64,000 bases of DNA. It comes from a virus. The stretch is taken from positions 9,816 through 73,815 of IMG/VR virus record IMGVR_UViG_3300025162_000046. One strand, written 5' to 3'. This document shows positions 8,334-17,214 of this stretch, piece after piece (the first letter of the stretch is position 1; each line of letters opens with the position of its first letter). The notes below the pieces were generated by a model. It saw only the letters and a list, made by a program, of their open reading frames with translations. It was not told the origin of the DNA and did not search any database. The position numbers were made by a program, and so were the translations under genes.

Positions 8334-10406
8334 ATGGCATTTGCGTTTGGGGGCCTAAATGTGGCCTCAACAAAGAAAAGCCTTGCGGCAGAACTGATTC
8401 AAGATATTGTTCAAATCGAACACACCTCCGATAAAGGCCCCTATATTCTTGTGCTGCTTGATGAGTTCTACTACCCCGACAAATTAAAGAAGATCTCTAT
8501 CTTTCTTGAACGCAACGGAATACGGAATTATCGAGCGGTCAACGCGTTGAATTGTATCATTCCTAAAGAAGACCTTAAAGGAGAACTTTCTCGATTCTAT
8601 CGGATCAATCAATCCAAGTGGCGACAATACGCCGACGGCGCAAAAGGGGTTATCGCGGTTGGGGCCGCCCTCTATGCTATCAATCAAAGCGCGGACTTGA
8701 TGACCTTTGCTTTTTATGATATTATGTTTAACAAGCCCTACTTCTGGTCCCCCGATGCGGGCACTTGGGTATTTCCTATTGATACCTTCCAAGACATCTT
8801 CGCCCCTATTCAGCAACAGCACGGTGATAGCCATATGGAAAATCCAGGCCCTGTTAATACTTACAAAACACATTTTGCGGAGTATCAGTTCAAGCAGATC
8901 ACCTCTCTCCGCCTCCACCCCATAGTAGCCGAGAAACCCATTCTTATTAAGATAGAAAGCGTAGAAGCATTCAAAGAATTTGCCAAGCAGCACATGAATG
9001 AAGAAATACTAAGCACCGATCTTGAAACCTCAGGTCTTGATTTTATGAAATGTCGTATTGGGTGTATCACCTTTTCATTTGATGGAAAGACTGGTTATTT
9101 TGTCCCTTGGAAATTCGTAGACAAGCCTCTTCTCGATCGGATGTTCACCACTGCCAAAATAGTCGTCGGGGCCAATTTTAAATTCGATGTTAGATTCCTC
9201 TGGCACAATGGAATCCCGGCCGCTCGAGTTGATGAGGACACCGTTCAGATGGGGCATCTCATGAATGAGCAGCGCCTCAACGGCTTGAAGCCTTCTGCGT
9301 ATTACTACACCCCATTTGGAGGGTATGATAGAGAACTTGATCGCTACCGAGAGAAAACCGGCATAGATGATTTCACTCTTATTCCTGAGCACATTCTATT
9401 TCCCTATGCTACGATGGATGCGATTGTCACCTATCTCGTATATGTGGCCCTATTGGAACAGATGCGCTATGTCGACAAGACAATGCCTAATGAGAAAGAT
9501 CCTTCGTGGACAATAGAAAGATACTACCGAGAGATCATGATGCCTGCGGTCAACGCCTTCGCGGAAATAGAATATCGGGGAGTCTATGTCAATCGCGAAC
9601 TTCTCGCTCAATCACGACTCGCAATGCAAGTTGAGATTCAAGAGATTGAAAATGAACTCGCCGCGAAATGGAATGTGGGAGGGAATTTTGATTTCAATAG
9701 CGCGAATCAGTTGGGCAAACTTTTTGAGCGCTTGGGCTTTGAAGAACTCGGCAGGGCAAAGAATGGTGATTACAAAACTTCGGATGCTAGCCTTGAACGC
9801 TGGGCTAAAAGAGGCCATCCTGAGATTTCTCGGCTTCAAAGACTACGCACGCTCAATACTCTATTGAAAACCTTTATCAGCAAAGATGAAGAGTCGGAGA
9901 AAGGGTGGGAGAGTTATGTCAGACAGCATGAAGATGGTAGTTGGAGAATGCATCCTACCTTCAATGTCATGCGCACTGAATCGGGCCGCTGTAAATCAGA
10001 CTCCCCTAACATGCAGAATGTTCCGGCAGGGCATGGTGCTAACGGAGACTTGGCCTCCTTAGTAAAAAAATGTATAACTACTCCTGACCCCGAGGAATAC
10101 TATCTCAGCACTCTGGATTACGCATCGCTTCAAATGCGTCTTGCTGCAATCGACACTAATTTAAACGACGGCGGCAGGGATAAAAACCTTTACAACATCT
10201 ATCTCGATCCTAAAATGGGTGGGGATATGCATAGTCGCACAGGCTTCGGCGTATTTGCAGAAGGCCGAGATTTCGATTTAGAAATAATAGAAATTGAAGA
10301 AGACGGAAAACCCTCGAAGACCTTTTTCGGGGGGGAGTTCGTCAAGACTAAGAATAGAGGGGAGATACAAGCAAGAAACCTATCACCTTCTGATGTTTTA
10401 TTTTAA
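8334..10406 (+). CDS. polA: Family A DNA polymerase, N-terminal part (3'-5' exonuclease, thumb, motif A); split gene
   Basis: ExoI DLETSG, ExoII ANFKFD, ExoIII YATMDA, TESGRCKSDSPNMQN, motif A DYASLQMR, DMHSRT; motifs B and C absent; ends in a Hint-like tail. Confidence 0.9.
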   Translation: MAFAFGGLNVASTKKSLAAELIQDIVQIEHTSDKGPYILVLLDEFYYPDKLKKISIFLERNGIRNYRAVNALNCIIPKEDLKGELSRFYRINQSKWRQYADGAKGVIAVGAALYAINQSADLMTFAFYDIMFNKPYFWSPDAGTWVFPIDTFQDIFAPIQQQHGDSHMENPGPVNTYKTHFAEYQFKQITSLRLHPIVAEKPILIKIESVEAFKEFAKQHMNEEILSTDLETSGLDFMKCRIGCITFSFDGKTGYFVPWKFVDKPLLDRMFTTAKIVVGANFKFDVRFLWHNGIPAARVDEDTVQMGHLMNEQRLNGLKPSAYYYTPFGGYDRELDRYREKTGIDDFTLIPEHILFPYATMDAIVTYLVYVALLEQMRYVDKTMPNEKDPSWTIERYYREIMMPAVNAFAEIEYRGVYVNRELLAQSRLAMQVEIQEIENELAAKWNVGGNFDFNSANQLGKLFERLGFEELGRAKNGDYKTSDASLERWAKRGHPEISRLQRLRTLNTLLKTFISKDEESEKGWESYVRQHEDGSWRMHPTFNVMRTESGRCKSDSPNMQNVPAGHGANGDLASLVKKCITTPDPEEYYLSTLDYASLQMRLAAIDTNLNDGGRDKNLYNIYLDPKMGGDMHSRTGFGVFAEGRDFDLEIIEIEEDGKPSKTFFGGEFVKTKNRGEIQARNLSPSDVLF

Positions 10407-10418
10407 GGGGGCTCTTCA

Positions 10419-10814
10419 ATGCCGGTGAATGGAGTTTACAAGATACTGATTGTTGACGATAGCGTATCTATCGTAACTCTAATACAACAAATTTTTAGCC
10501 GAAGACCTCAATTCTCAACCATCGTCGCCTATGATGCAGAAACGGCTATTACCCTTATTGGCTTAGAAGATCCAGATGTTGTTCTGTTGGATTTAAGTCT
10601 TCCTCAGATAGACGGGATTAAGGCATGTCGCCAAATCAAAAAGGCGCACCCATTGTTACCAATTCTTGTTATCACAGGAGAACTAGGACGCTTTTCTAGT
10701 GAGCAGGCTCATGAGGCCGGCGCTGACGATTTTATTTCCAAGCCCTTTAATAACGAGCAACTCGTATCGCATGTCAAACATTATTTACATCTAACATCAC
10801 TTAATGTAACTTAG
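10419..10814 (+). CDS. Single-domain response regulator (CheY-like receiver)
   Basis: ILIVDD, VLLDLSLPQIDG (phosphoacceptor Asp), ILVITG, GADDFISKPF. Confidence 0.92.
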   Translation: MPVNGVYKILIVDDSVSIVTLIQQIFSRRPQFSTIVAYDAETAITLIGLEDPDVVLLDLSLPQIDGIKACRQIKKAHPLLPILVITGELGRFSSEQAHEAGADDFISKPFNNEQLVSHVKHYLHLTSLNVT

Positions 10815-11296
10815 ACAGCGAGACTTTTCAGAGTAGAAGATCCGTAAATTCCTCCGCCTACATCATCTATTTGCTGTGATAGAAACATAGAGATCTGATC
10901 GATAGTATTAGATGCCCCGGATGTCAAAGTTACGATGCCTTCAAGTGTTCGACGGACCTGATTATAAATCAATTGTTTCTGACCTTCAAGATCATTGATC
11001 ACTTCCCCCATTTCTTGTAATTGCTTGGAGTCCGTTTGCATCTTATCCGGAGAGAATGTCGGAGCGGTCGGCGTTATGCCAGGGAATGTCATCGGCGATG
11101 GATGGAAATCGTTATTCGCAGAATATTGTTTGACTATTTCAACATACTTCTGTTTCATTTGAATGAGATCGAGACCCACGCCCTCATATTGCTGCATAAG
11201 TTGTGAGAGCGTTTGGACATAGGCATTTTGATCCTGGAATTTGGTTTTAATATCCTGTGTAAGATTGCTTATGATTTGTTGCGAGCGCTGATCCAT
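10811..11296 (-). CDS. Hypothetical Gln-rich coiled-coil protein
   Basis: 161 aa; start overlaps the stop of the upstream gene; GGAG RBS. Confidence 0.7.
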   Translation of the reverse strand: MDQRSQQIISNLTQDIKTKFQDQNAYVQTLSQLMQQYEGVGLDLIQMKQKYVEIVKQYSANNDFHPSPMTFPGITPTAPTFSPDKMQTDSKQLQEMGEVINDLEGQKQLIYNQVRRTLEGIVTLTSGASNTIDQISMFLSQQIDDVGGGIYGSSTLKSLAV

Positions 11297-12024
11297 TATT
11301 CGTCTCCTATCTTTATAGCATTAGGCCCCGGTTTTCCCGACTCACAGTGAGGGCACACATCACCAAGATAAGGCTCATAGCACAAAGGACATAACTTGGC
11401 TTTTGGATTTTCAAATAACTCGTCCTCTGATAGCATATCTTCCGCTGACATTTCAACAAGAGAAATTCGTGTTCCTCGGGGATATCTGACGCCTTCAATC
11501 ATTTCGGGCTGTTGAAGAACGATCTCACCCGGCTGAGGTGGCTGGGCGCTAGATTGATCAATTGGTCCCACTACTGACGGCTCCATTTGAGAATAGACTT
11601 GTTGGTGACGGGGGAACTCAGAAGCCGGCTGTTCAAGAGATTCGAGATGAACATCAGACGCTGATTCTATTTTTGACAGGTCTTTTTTGTGATACTCTGT
11701 GTTTGTTTTGTTGGCATCAGTGCTGGGTGGTGTATGCGAGTTATTGGGATCATTGCGCGTTCCGGGGTCATTGAACATATAAAAATCCCCATAGATAGAG
11801 GCAAGCGGATGTTCGTTAGCCTGAGAAGTATCGTTTAAGTCCCCGCGAATATCAGTAACATTACCAGGAATACCATCATAGCCGTCTTGTTTAAGGTCGT
11901 CATCACCGCCTCCATCAAACCCAAAATTGAAGTCATACATATTATGATCTTTGGGTGGCTGGAACCCCGTATCAGTGAAAAACTGGGCTATGGTGTTTTC
12001 TCGCACGCGTTTCATCAAGGGCAC
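11296..12024 (-). CDS. Hypothetical acidic protein with C-terminal zinc ribbon, possibly virion-internal
   Basis: CPLC...CPHC; several xxE sites; ACTAATTAG on the minus strand at 12061-12069. Confidence 0.65.
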   Translation of the reverse strand: MPLMKRVRENTIAQFFTDTGFQPPKDHNMYDFNFGFDGGGDDDLKQDGYDGIPGNVTDIRGDLNDTSQANEHPLASIYGDFYMFNDPGTRNDPNNSHTPPSTDANKTNTEYHKKDLSKIESASDVHLESLEQPASEFPRHQQVYSQMEPSVVGPIDQSSAQPPQPGEIVLQQPEMIEGVRYPRGTRISLVEMSAEDMLSEDELFENPKAKLCPLCYEPYLGDVCPHCESGKPGPNAIKIGDE

Positions 12025-12080
12025 CTCTTATATTACAAAGGAAGAAGATTCATTATACACCTAATTAGTGGAAAGGAGTA

Positions 12081-12422
12081 ATGCCTGTGCAAGAATTGGA
12101 CAAAGCATTTGTGGCTAAGAACAAAAAGGCGCTTCTTGAAGAGATAGCAATCCAGTTATCTCGCGCAAGAGAGATGATTGATAACGCCTCCGTAAATAGT
12201 GAGGCCATTGCGGGCGCTTTTGCGGGAGTATGTTCTTGCGTAGGAAGTATTGATGGTTTTTTCAAGCAGTATATGCTCCTTCGCAAAGGAGAAATCACTC
12301 AACAACGAATGATAGGTTTTGGGGCGTTTGATGATGATGACACAGAATTCGGCCCCGAAGATGAGAGTGATAGCGAGCAAAAAGACCTCGCGCCAGCAAA
12401 GAAAAAGAGTCCAAAAAAGTGA
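12081..12422 (+). CDS. Hypothetical protein
   Basis: 113 aa, AAGGAG RBS. Confidence 0.7.
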   Translation: MPVQELDKAFVAKNKKALLEEIAIQLSRAREMIDNASVNSEAIAGAFAGVCSCVGSIDGFFKQYMLLRKGEITQQRMIGFGAFDDDDTEFGPEDESDSEQKDLAPAKKKSPKK

Positions 12423-12462
12423 AAAGACTACTAACTAGGTTCCTAGGAGGAACAGCACAGAT

Positions 12463-13584
12463 ATGATTTTCCACCAAAATATTTCCCGCGATTTATTCTC
12501 CCAAAAGTATATGATAAACGGGGAAACCACCCCGGATCAGGTATTCCACGATATAGCAGTAGAAATCTCTCGACCCGAAAAACCCGGAATTCGCCTTAGA
12601 GTTCAAAATGAGTTTGAGTCGATTATGACCGAGGGTTACTTTATTCCTGGCGGCCGAATTTTGGCTAACGCACGCACTTACGGGCATCTAAAATCGCGAA
12701 ACTATAATAATTGCTTTACTATTAACATTGAAGATAACATGGAAGGCATCTATATGTCCGTGTATGAAGATGCCATGATCAGCCGTATGGGTGGTGGAGT
12801 GGGGTTCAATGTATCTAAATTGAGACCCAAGGGAAGCAAAACTACCAATGGCGGCGAAGCATCAGGCCCCGTCTCTTTCCTTCGTGTGTTCGACGCATCC
12901 GCCAAAACCATAAGCAGCGGTGGGGCACGGCGCTCAGCGCATATTGCTCTTCTGGATATTTCTCACCCGGACATCGAAGAGTTCATTACCGTCAAGCAAG
13001 GGGACAAAGATAAAAAACTTTCTCAATTCAACATCTCTGTAATCATCACCGATGCTTTTATGAAGGCGGTGAGTGAAGATGCTGATTGGGATTTGGTATT
13101 CGAAGGAAAAGTTTACAGAACTCTAAAAGCCCGAAAATTATACGAGACACTCGCTAAGAATGCCTATGAGCACAACGACCCGGGCGTTTTCTTTGTTGAC
13201 ACCGTTCAACGAGATAATAATGCTTGGTGGGCATTTGTTATGGATGCGTGTAATCCCTGCGTCGCAGGAGCGACTCAGGTAGAATTCAGAATCGGAGACA
13301 GTCCCCCTCACAGTATCGCCATACAGGACCTAGCAGAAATCTACAAGGGGCTAAAATCTGGTCAGTACATCTACGTAAAGTCCTACGATGAGAAGACCCA
13401 ACAAGTTGTTTGGAAGATGTTGCAAGGAGCAAACCTCACTAAGAAGGACACTGAGCTGCTTCAGATCACCGATACAGAAACTGGGAAGGTTATTCGCTGC
13501 ACCCCGGATCATAAGATTCTTACGAAGCGAGGTTGGGTCGAGGCTCAGGCTCTCGAGGCTGATGACCAGATTATCCAGGCGTAA
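12463..13584 (+). CDS. nrdJ: Class II (B12-dependent) ribonucleotide reductase N-part fused to split intein N-fragment
   Basis: FIPGGRIL, NNCF, GGGVG, ASGPVSF, GGARRSA, FNISV, DPGVFF, ACNP, then intein Cys1 at 13258 (CVAGATQV...IRCTPDHKILTKRGWVEAQAL) and a stop. Confidence 0.93.
   Translation: MIFHQNISRDLFSQKYMINGETTPDQVFHDIAVEISRPEKPGIRLRVQNEFESIMTEGYFIPGGRILANARTYGHLKSRNYNNCFTINIEDNMEGIYMSVYEDAMISRMGGGVGFNVSKLRPKGSKTTNGGEASGPVSFLRVFDASAKTISSGGARRSAHIALLDISHPDIEEFITVKQGDKDKKLSQFNISVIITDAFMKAVSEDADWDLVFEGKVYRTLKARKLYETLAKNAYEHNDPGVFFVDTVQRDNNAWWAFVMDACNPCVAGATQVEFRIGDSPPHSIAIQDLAEIYKGLKSGQYIYVKSYDEKTQQVVWKMLQGANLTKKDTELLQITDTETGKVIRCTPDHKILTKRGWVEAQALEADDQIIQA
13258..13581 (+). mobile_element. 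Split intein N-fragment (108 aa) in NrdJ
   Basis: Block A CVAGATQV, block B CTPDH; ends at the canonical split point ADDQII. Confidence 0.9.
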
Positions 13585-13841
13585 GCAACATCAACTCACA
13601 GAGATCAAGGGCTGCATCGAGAGAGGTATCCTCGGATCTAGCTTTCAGGAGATATCAATCGAAGCTCCAAAAGATGTGTGAGACTATTATGAACCGGCAA
13701 GCAATAGGCTTTCCAGAATTAATAAGAGATATAGATAGGATAGTGAAAGAAGAAAAGGAGAGAGGCTTGATACCAAGAACGTTTGGATTGAGTAGACAGT
13801 CCATAGATAAATATAGAGTACGGGAGGTATTCGAGTGTTAA
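13566..13841 (+). pseudogene. Probable homing endonuclease remnant between the intein halves
   Basis: About 92-codon open frame (...RRYQSKLQKMCETIMNRQAIGFPELIRDIDRIVKEEKERGLIPRTFGLSRQSIDKYRVREVFEC*) whose stop overlaps the IntC start, as at the sbcC locus; no catalytic motif visible. Confidence 0.4.
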
Positions 13842-13936
13842 CCATTGAGAAGGTTCGTAATGAAGATGTGTACGATCTATCCGTCGAAGGAACTCATAAT
13901 TTCTTCGGCAATGGAATGGTTGTACATAACTGTGGT
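13835..13936 (+). CDS. nrdJ: Exon 1 of the nrdJ C-part: split intein C-fragment (32 aa) plus Cys-Gly extein
   Basis: GGGAGG RBS then GTG 13835: (M)LTIEKVRNEDVYDLSVEGTHNFFGNGMVVHN|CG; frame differs from IntN; in-frame TAG at 13814. Confidence 0.88.
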
Positions 13937-14171
13937 GGAATTTAGCGCCTCAGTATAATCACAGGGTGAATTGCTGGAAAGCTAAGCGGAAGTAAGCTAA
14001 TCAGCAGCCAAGCGCGGTAGGGATACCGCGAAGGTTCAGAGACTAACAGCCGAGTCCAGATCGGACAGTAATGCTGACACGAGCGCCCTGCTCACGAAAG
14101 TGATGAAGATATAGTCCGATACTCCAGTGAAAATTGGAGAGCTATGATAAAGAGCATAGCAATAACAGATG
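13937..14171 (+). ncRNA. Group I self-splicing intron (235 nt, no ORF) in nrdJ
   Basis: 5' exon ends in U, intron ends in G; core elements AATTGCTGGAAA (P), AATCAGCAGCC (Q), GTTCAGAGACTAA (R), AAGATATAGTCC (S); P3 CAGGGTG/CGCCCTG; P10 GGAATTT pairs with exon AAATTCC; removal restores C-G-E-I-P. Confidence 0.93.
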
Positions 14172-15638
14172 GAAATTCCCATGCCCGCATATAGCCTCTG
14201 TTGCCTCGGTGCACTCAATCTAACAAAATTCATAATAGATCCCTTCACACCTGTTGCGCGTTTTCATTTTCAAAAAATGGCAGAGATTGTGAAGACCGCC
14301 GTCAGGCTATTAGATAATACGCTTGACGCAACACAATACCCTCTTGAACGCATAGAGACTTTCTCAAAACAATGGCGCCGCATTGGTCTTGGTTTTACTG
14401 GCCTAGGTGATGCGCTTGCTATGCTTGGAATGAAGTATGGAGATGAGAGCAGTGTCGCGTTTTGCGAGATCTTTGGTCGTTCTCTTCGTGATGCTTCCTA
14501 TCGAGCATCGGTTGAACTGGCGAAAGAGAAAGGTATGGCTCCTGGGCTTAAATCCGGCTTCTTCAAAAACAAACCTGATCCGCGCCTTACCTTAGGCGAC
14601 TTCATTACCAAGATGCCGTTCGATCTTAGGAGAGATATTGGCAAATATGGCCTTCGCAACATAGGACTCAATACCGCAGCACCAACCGGCACCATCTCTT
14701 TAACCGTTGGAAACAATTGCTCATCGGGGATTGAGCCGATCTTTGAGTATCAATTTACCCGTAATATTCGCACCGGAACCGGAGATGAGACGAAGCCCGA
14801 GATAGTGCGTGACTACGCTTGTCTTATTTGGGAACAAAACCATCCCGGCGAGCCGCTTCCCACTTACTTTGTTACTGCGTTGGAGTTGGAGCCTCGCAAG
14901 GCGATTGATATCCAGGCGGCAATTCAAAAATATATAGATCATAGCATCTCAAAAACTTTTAATTTCGATGGTAAAAAATTGGGGTTTGAGGAATATAAAG
15001 ATCTATTTACTTATGGTTATAAATCGGGCTTGAAGGGATATACTAGTTTTAATATTTCTGGTAGTATGAAAGGTGTTCTTGAATCAAGAGCACAGCCTAG
15101 TGAAGATAAACTAGATTCCTTTGTTCTTAGATCTAATGCTCCTAAACGCCCGAATGAACTGCCGTGCGACATACACTATGTCCATGCTAACGGGCAGGAC
15201 TTTATTGTTCTCGCTGGCCTACTCAACGGATCGATTTATGAGATTTTCGTTGATGAGCAGAATGGCCATGATTTCGGTTCTCTCAAATCCGGCAAGATCA
15301 TCAAAAAAGGAAAAGGAGAGTATTCTCTCATAGACCCCGAAGGAAAAATGTTGGTTGAAGGGCTATCAAAAAACTTCAATGGAACTTGGGGGTCTCTTGC
15401 GAGGATGATTTCTATGTCGTTGCGACACGGAGTTCCCCTCCAATTTATCATTGACCAGTTACAGCGCTCAAAAGAATTCTTGGGGTTTGAGAAGGCGGTA
15501 TCTCGCGTGCTCAAACACTATATGAAAGAAGGCGAGGTATATGAATCGAAGGATAAATGTTCAAAATGTGGTGGTAAGCTAATATTCCAAGAAGGCTGTT
15601 ATGTTTGTAAATCGTGCGGCAATTCGGCCTGTACTTAG
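14172..15638 (+). CDS. nrdJ: Exon 2 of the nrdJ C-part
   Basis: EIPMPAYSLCCLGALNL, RRIGLGFTG, TAAPTGTIS, SSGIEP, IDHSISKT, TSCPD-like segment and C-terminal CSKC...EGCYVCKSCG. Confidence 0.92.
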   Translation, partial: EIPMPAYSLCCLGALNLTKFIIDPFTPVARFHFQKMAEIVKTAVRLLDNTLDATQYPLERIETFSKQWRRIGLGFTGLGDALAMLGMKYGDESSVAFCEIFGRSLRDASYRASVELAKEKGMAPGLKSGFFKNKPDPRLTLGDFITKMPFDLRRDIGKYGLRNIGLNTAAPTGTISLTVGNNCSSGIEPIFEYQFTRNIRTGTGDETKPEIVRDYACLIWEQNHPGEPLPTYFVTALELEPRKAIDIQAAIQKYIDHSISKTFNFDGKKLGFEEYKDLFTYGYKSGLKGYTSFNISGSMKGVLESRAQPSEDKLDSFVLRSNAPKRPNELPCDIHYVHANGQDFIVLAGLLNGSIYEIFVDEQNGHDFGSLKSGKIIKKGKGEYSLIDPEGKMLVEGLSKNFNGTWGSLARMISMSLRHGVPLQFIIDQLQRSKEFLGFEKAVSRVLKHYMKEGEVYESKDKCSKCGGKLIFQEGCYVCKSCGNSACT

Positions 15639-15775
15639 ACCCCCGCACTCACCTAACTGCCCGAGAGATTTGGGATTATGATGAGAGAAGAATCAAAGAA
15701 TTAGAAGTCTTAGGGTATCAAGTTCAAATTGTTTGGGAATGTGAGAGACCCAAACCCAGCCGAACGACTAATTAG
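15638..15775 (+). pseudogene. C-terminal remnant of a Vsr/DUF559-like endonuclease
   Basis: Manual translation DPRTHLTAREIWDYDERRIKELEVLGYQVQIVWECERPKPSRTTN*; no start codon. Confidence 0.75.
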
Positions 15776-15789
15776 CAAGAGGGGCTAAC

Positions 15790-16209
15790 ATGCGGGAATC
15801 TGAACAATTTGATGACCTCACTACCACAGATGAGGATATGCCTTCTCCTGAAACCACCTCAATGACTCTCGAAGATTACTTTGCCGGTGAGGATCCTGAG
15901 TTCAAACCCATTCTTCCCAAGGATGACGGCGTAGGCCAACTCCTACACGATAATATTGAAAATGATCTTGTGGAAGCGGATAGGCCTAGAATGGATGACA
16001 GGGAGAACACTTGCCCTCGTTGTGGAAGCGAAGAAATAGACTATGATGATGGCGCAGGCAACCCAAAATGTTATACGATAGAATCTCCTAAAAAATACCG
16101 CGGGGAACTTGTTGCGGAAGAGGATGTTCTTTTTGAGGAGAGCACCAAAAACACTGAGAACACGTATTCATTTTACGGAGTAGATAGTTATTTATTGCCA
16201 AAAGGCTAA
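15790..16209 (+). CDS. Hypothetical acidic protein
   Basis: 139 aa; CPRC; ACTAATTAG upstream. Confidence 0.65.
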   Translation: MRESEQFDDLTTTDEDMPSPETTSMTLEDYFAGEDPEFKPILPKDDGVGQLLHDNIENDLVEADRPRMDDRENTCPRCGSEEIDYDDGAGNPKCYTIESPKKYRGELVAEEDVLFEESTKNTENTYSFYGVDSYLLPKG

Positions 16210-16220
16210 TCTCTTTTCTA

Positions 16221-16250
16221 AAAGCCCCGGACACATTCTGGGGCTTTCTT
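16221..16250 (+). terminator. Rho-independent terminator
   Basis: AAAGCCCCGGA-loop-TCTGGGGCTTT followed by a T-rich run. Confidence 0.7.
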
Positions 16251-16285
16251 TATGTTAGAAGGTATATTAATGGTGGAGGTCCTGT

Positions 16286-16678
16286 ATGGAAATCGTATCT
16301 ATAATCCTTCGCTTGAAAAATCAAGAAATCAAAGTCACTGTCGAGGAGGCGAAAGAACTCCTCGGCCAACTCTCCTCAGTTTTCGAGGGTGAGAAACCCC
16401 TCATTCAAAAAGAGTTCGTAGGAATTCCATACGGAATTCCGTATCCAGTTTACTCTCCACCCGCCTACCCGAAGCCGTGGTGGGAACCCATTGTCGTTTA
16501 TAGCAACGGAGACACTGGCAATATCAGTTGGAAAGATAATACCCGTTTAATTACTAGTGGAACAACTGGTGAGATGCTTGATTCCATCACGTATCAAGAG
16601 AATATGTCTTGGTCCACAGGTGCTGCGTTTCCTCAAAGGTCAGAGGAGATGCGAGGAACAAACACAATTAGCATTTAA
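16286..16678 (+). CDS. Hypothetical protein
   Basis: 130 aa, GGAGG RBS, Pro/Tyr-rich middle. Confidence 0.7.
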   Translation: MEIVSIILRLKNQEIKVTVEEAKELLGQLSSVFEGEKPLIQKEFVGIPYGIPYPVYSPPAYPKPWWEPIVVYSNGDTGNISWKDNTRLITSGTTGEMLDSITYQENMSWSTGAAFPQRSEEMRGTNTISI

Positions 16679-16697
16679 GTTTAAAAGAGGAGAGGGA

Positions 16698-17036
16698 ATG
16701 GAAATTTCAGATGCCCAGTTTAAGGAGAGCGTCTATGATTATGATGCCGGAGAAATCCGAGCATCGCGGCCTGTGTTAGTCGATTTGTTTACGGACTGGT
16801 GCCAGAATTGTAAATCGTTTTTGCCGACTTTGGAAAAAGCGGCGCAGAAGTTCGAAGGTATGATCGATGTTGTGAAAGTCAATATCACAAAATCCGACGC
16901 GCTTACCCGCGCAATGGATATTCAAGGTGTTCCCACTCTTCTTTTTTTACGACCGGAGACTAAGAGTAAACAAACTATGGTCGGTGCCGCTTCCAGCGCT
17001 TCGGTGGAAAAAGCCATTACAGAGTATCTTTTATAA
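16698..17036 (+). CDS. trxA: Thioredoxin
   Basis: VLVDLFTDWCQNCK, IQGVPTL; ATG 16698 after GAGGAGAGGG. Confidence 0.85.
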   Translation: MEISDAQFKESVYDYDAGEIRASRPVLVDLFTDWCQNCKSFLPTLEKAAQKFEGMIDVVKVNITKSDALTRAMDIQGVPTLLFLRPETKSKQTMVGAASSASVEKAITEYLL

Positions 17037-17049
17037 GGAGGAAAGCCAT

Positions 17050-17211
17050 ATGGCAGACACGAATAATAAACCTAAGCCCACCCTAAATGGGGAGCCGGTA
17101 ACACAAGAGCAACTTCGAGAGGAAAAAGAAAAGTTGCCGAACAATGAAAGGATTGTCGAAGTAGCAGACAAACCGAATGAGTTTCGTAAAGTCCATCGTA
17201 TCCAAGGATAA
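17050..17211 (+). CDS. Small hypothetical protein
   Basis: AAGGAGG RBS, ATG 17050 MADTNNKPKPTLNG... Confidence 0.65.
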   Translation: MADTNNKPKPTLNGEPVTQEQLREEKEKLPNNERIVEVADKPNEFRKVHRIQG

Positions 17212-17214
17212 CTG

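Noticed and set aside
10257-10406. Functional splicing intein at the end of polA
   Set aside because: No N-terminal Cys/Ser block A and no TxxH block B; kept only as a degenerate Hint-like tail
13582-13835. Stop-codon recoding or readthrough to give a contiguous intein (also considered for sbcC)
   Set aside because: IntN and IntC are in different frames, each IntC has its own RBS, and TAA, TAG and TGA all end ordinary genes in this window
14169-15638. ORF-track call of a stand-alone gene starting MEIPMP
   Set aside because: The ATG is the last three intron bases (its G is the terminal G), it has no clear RBS, and the product would lack the catalytic Cys
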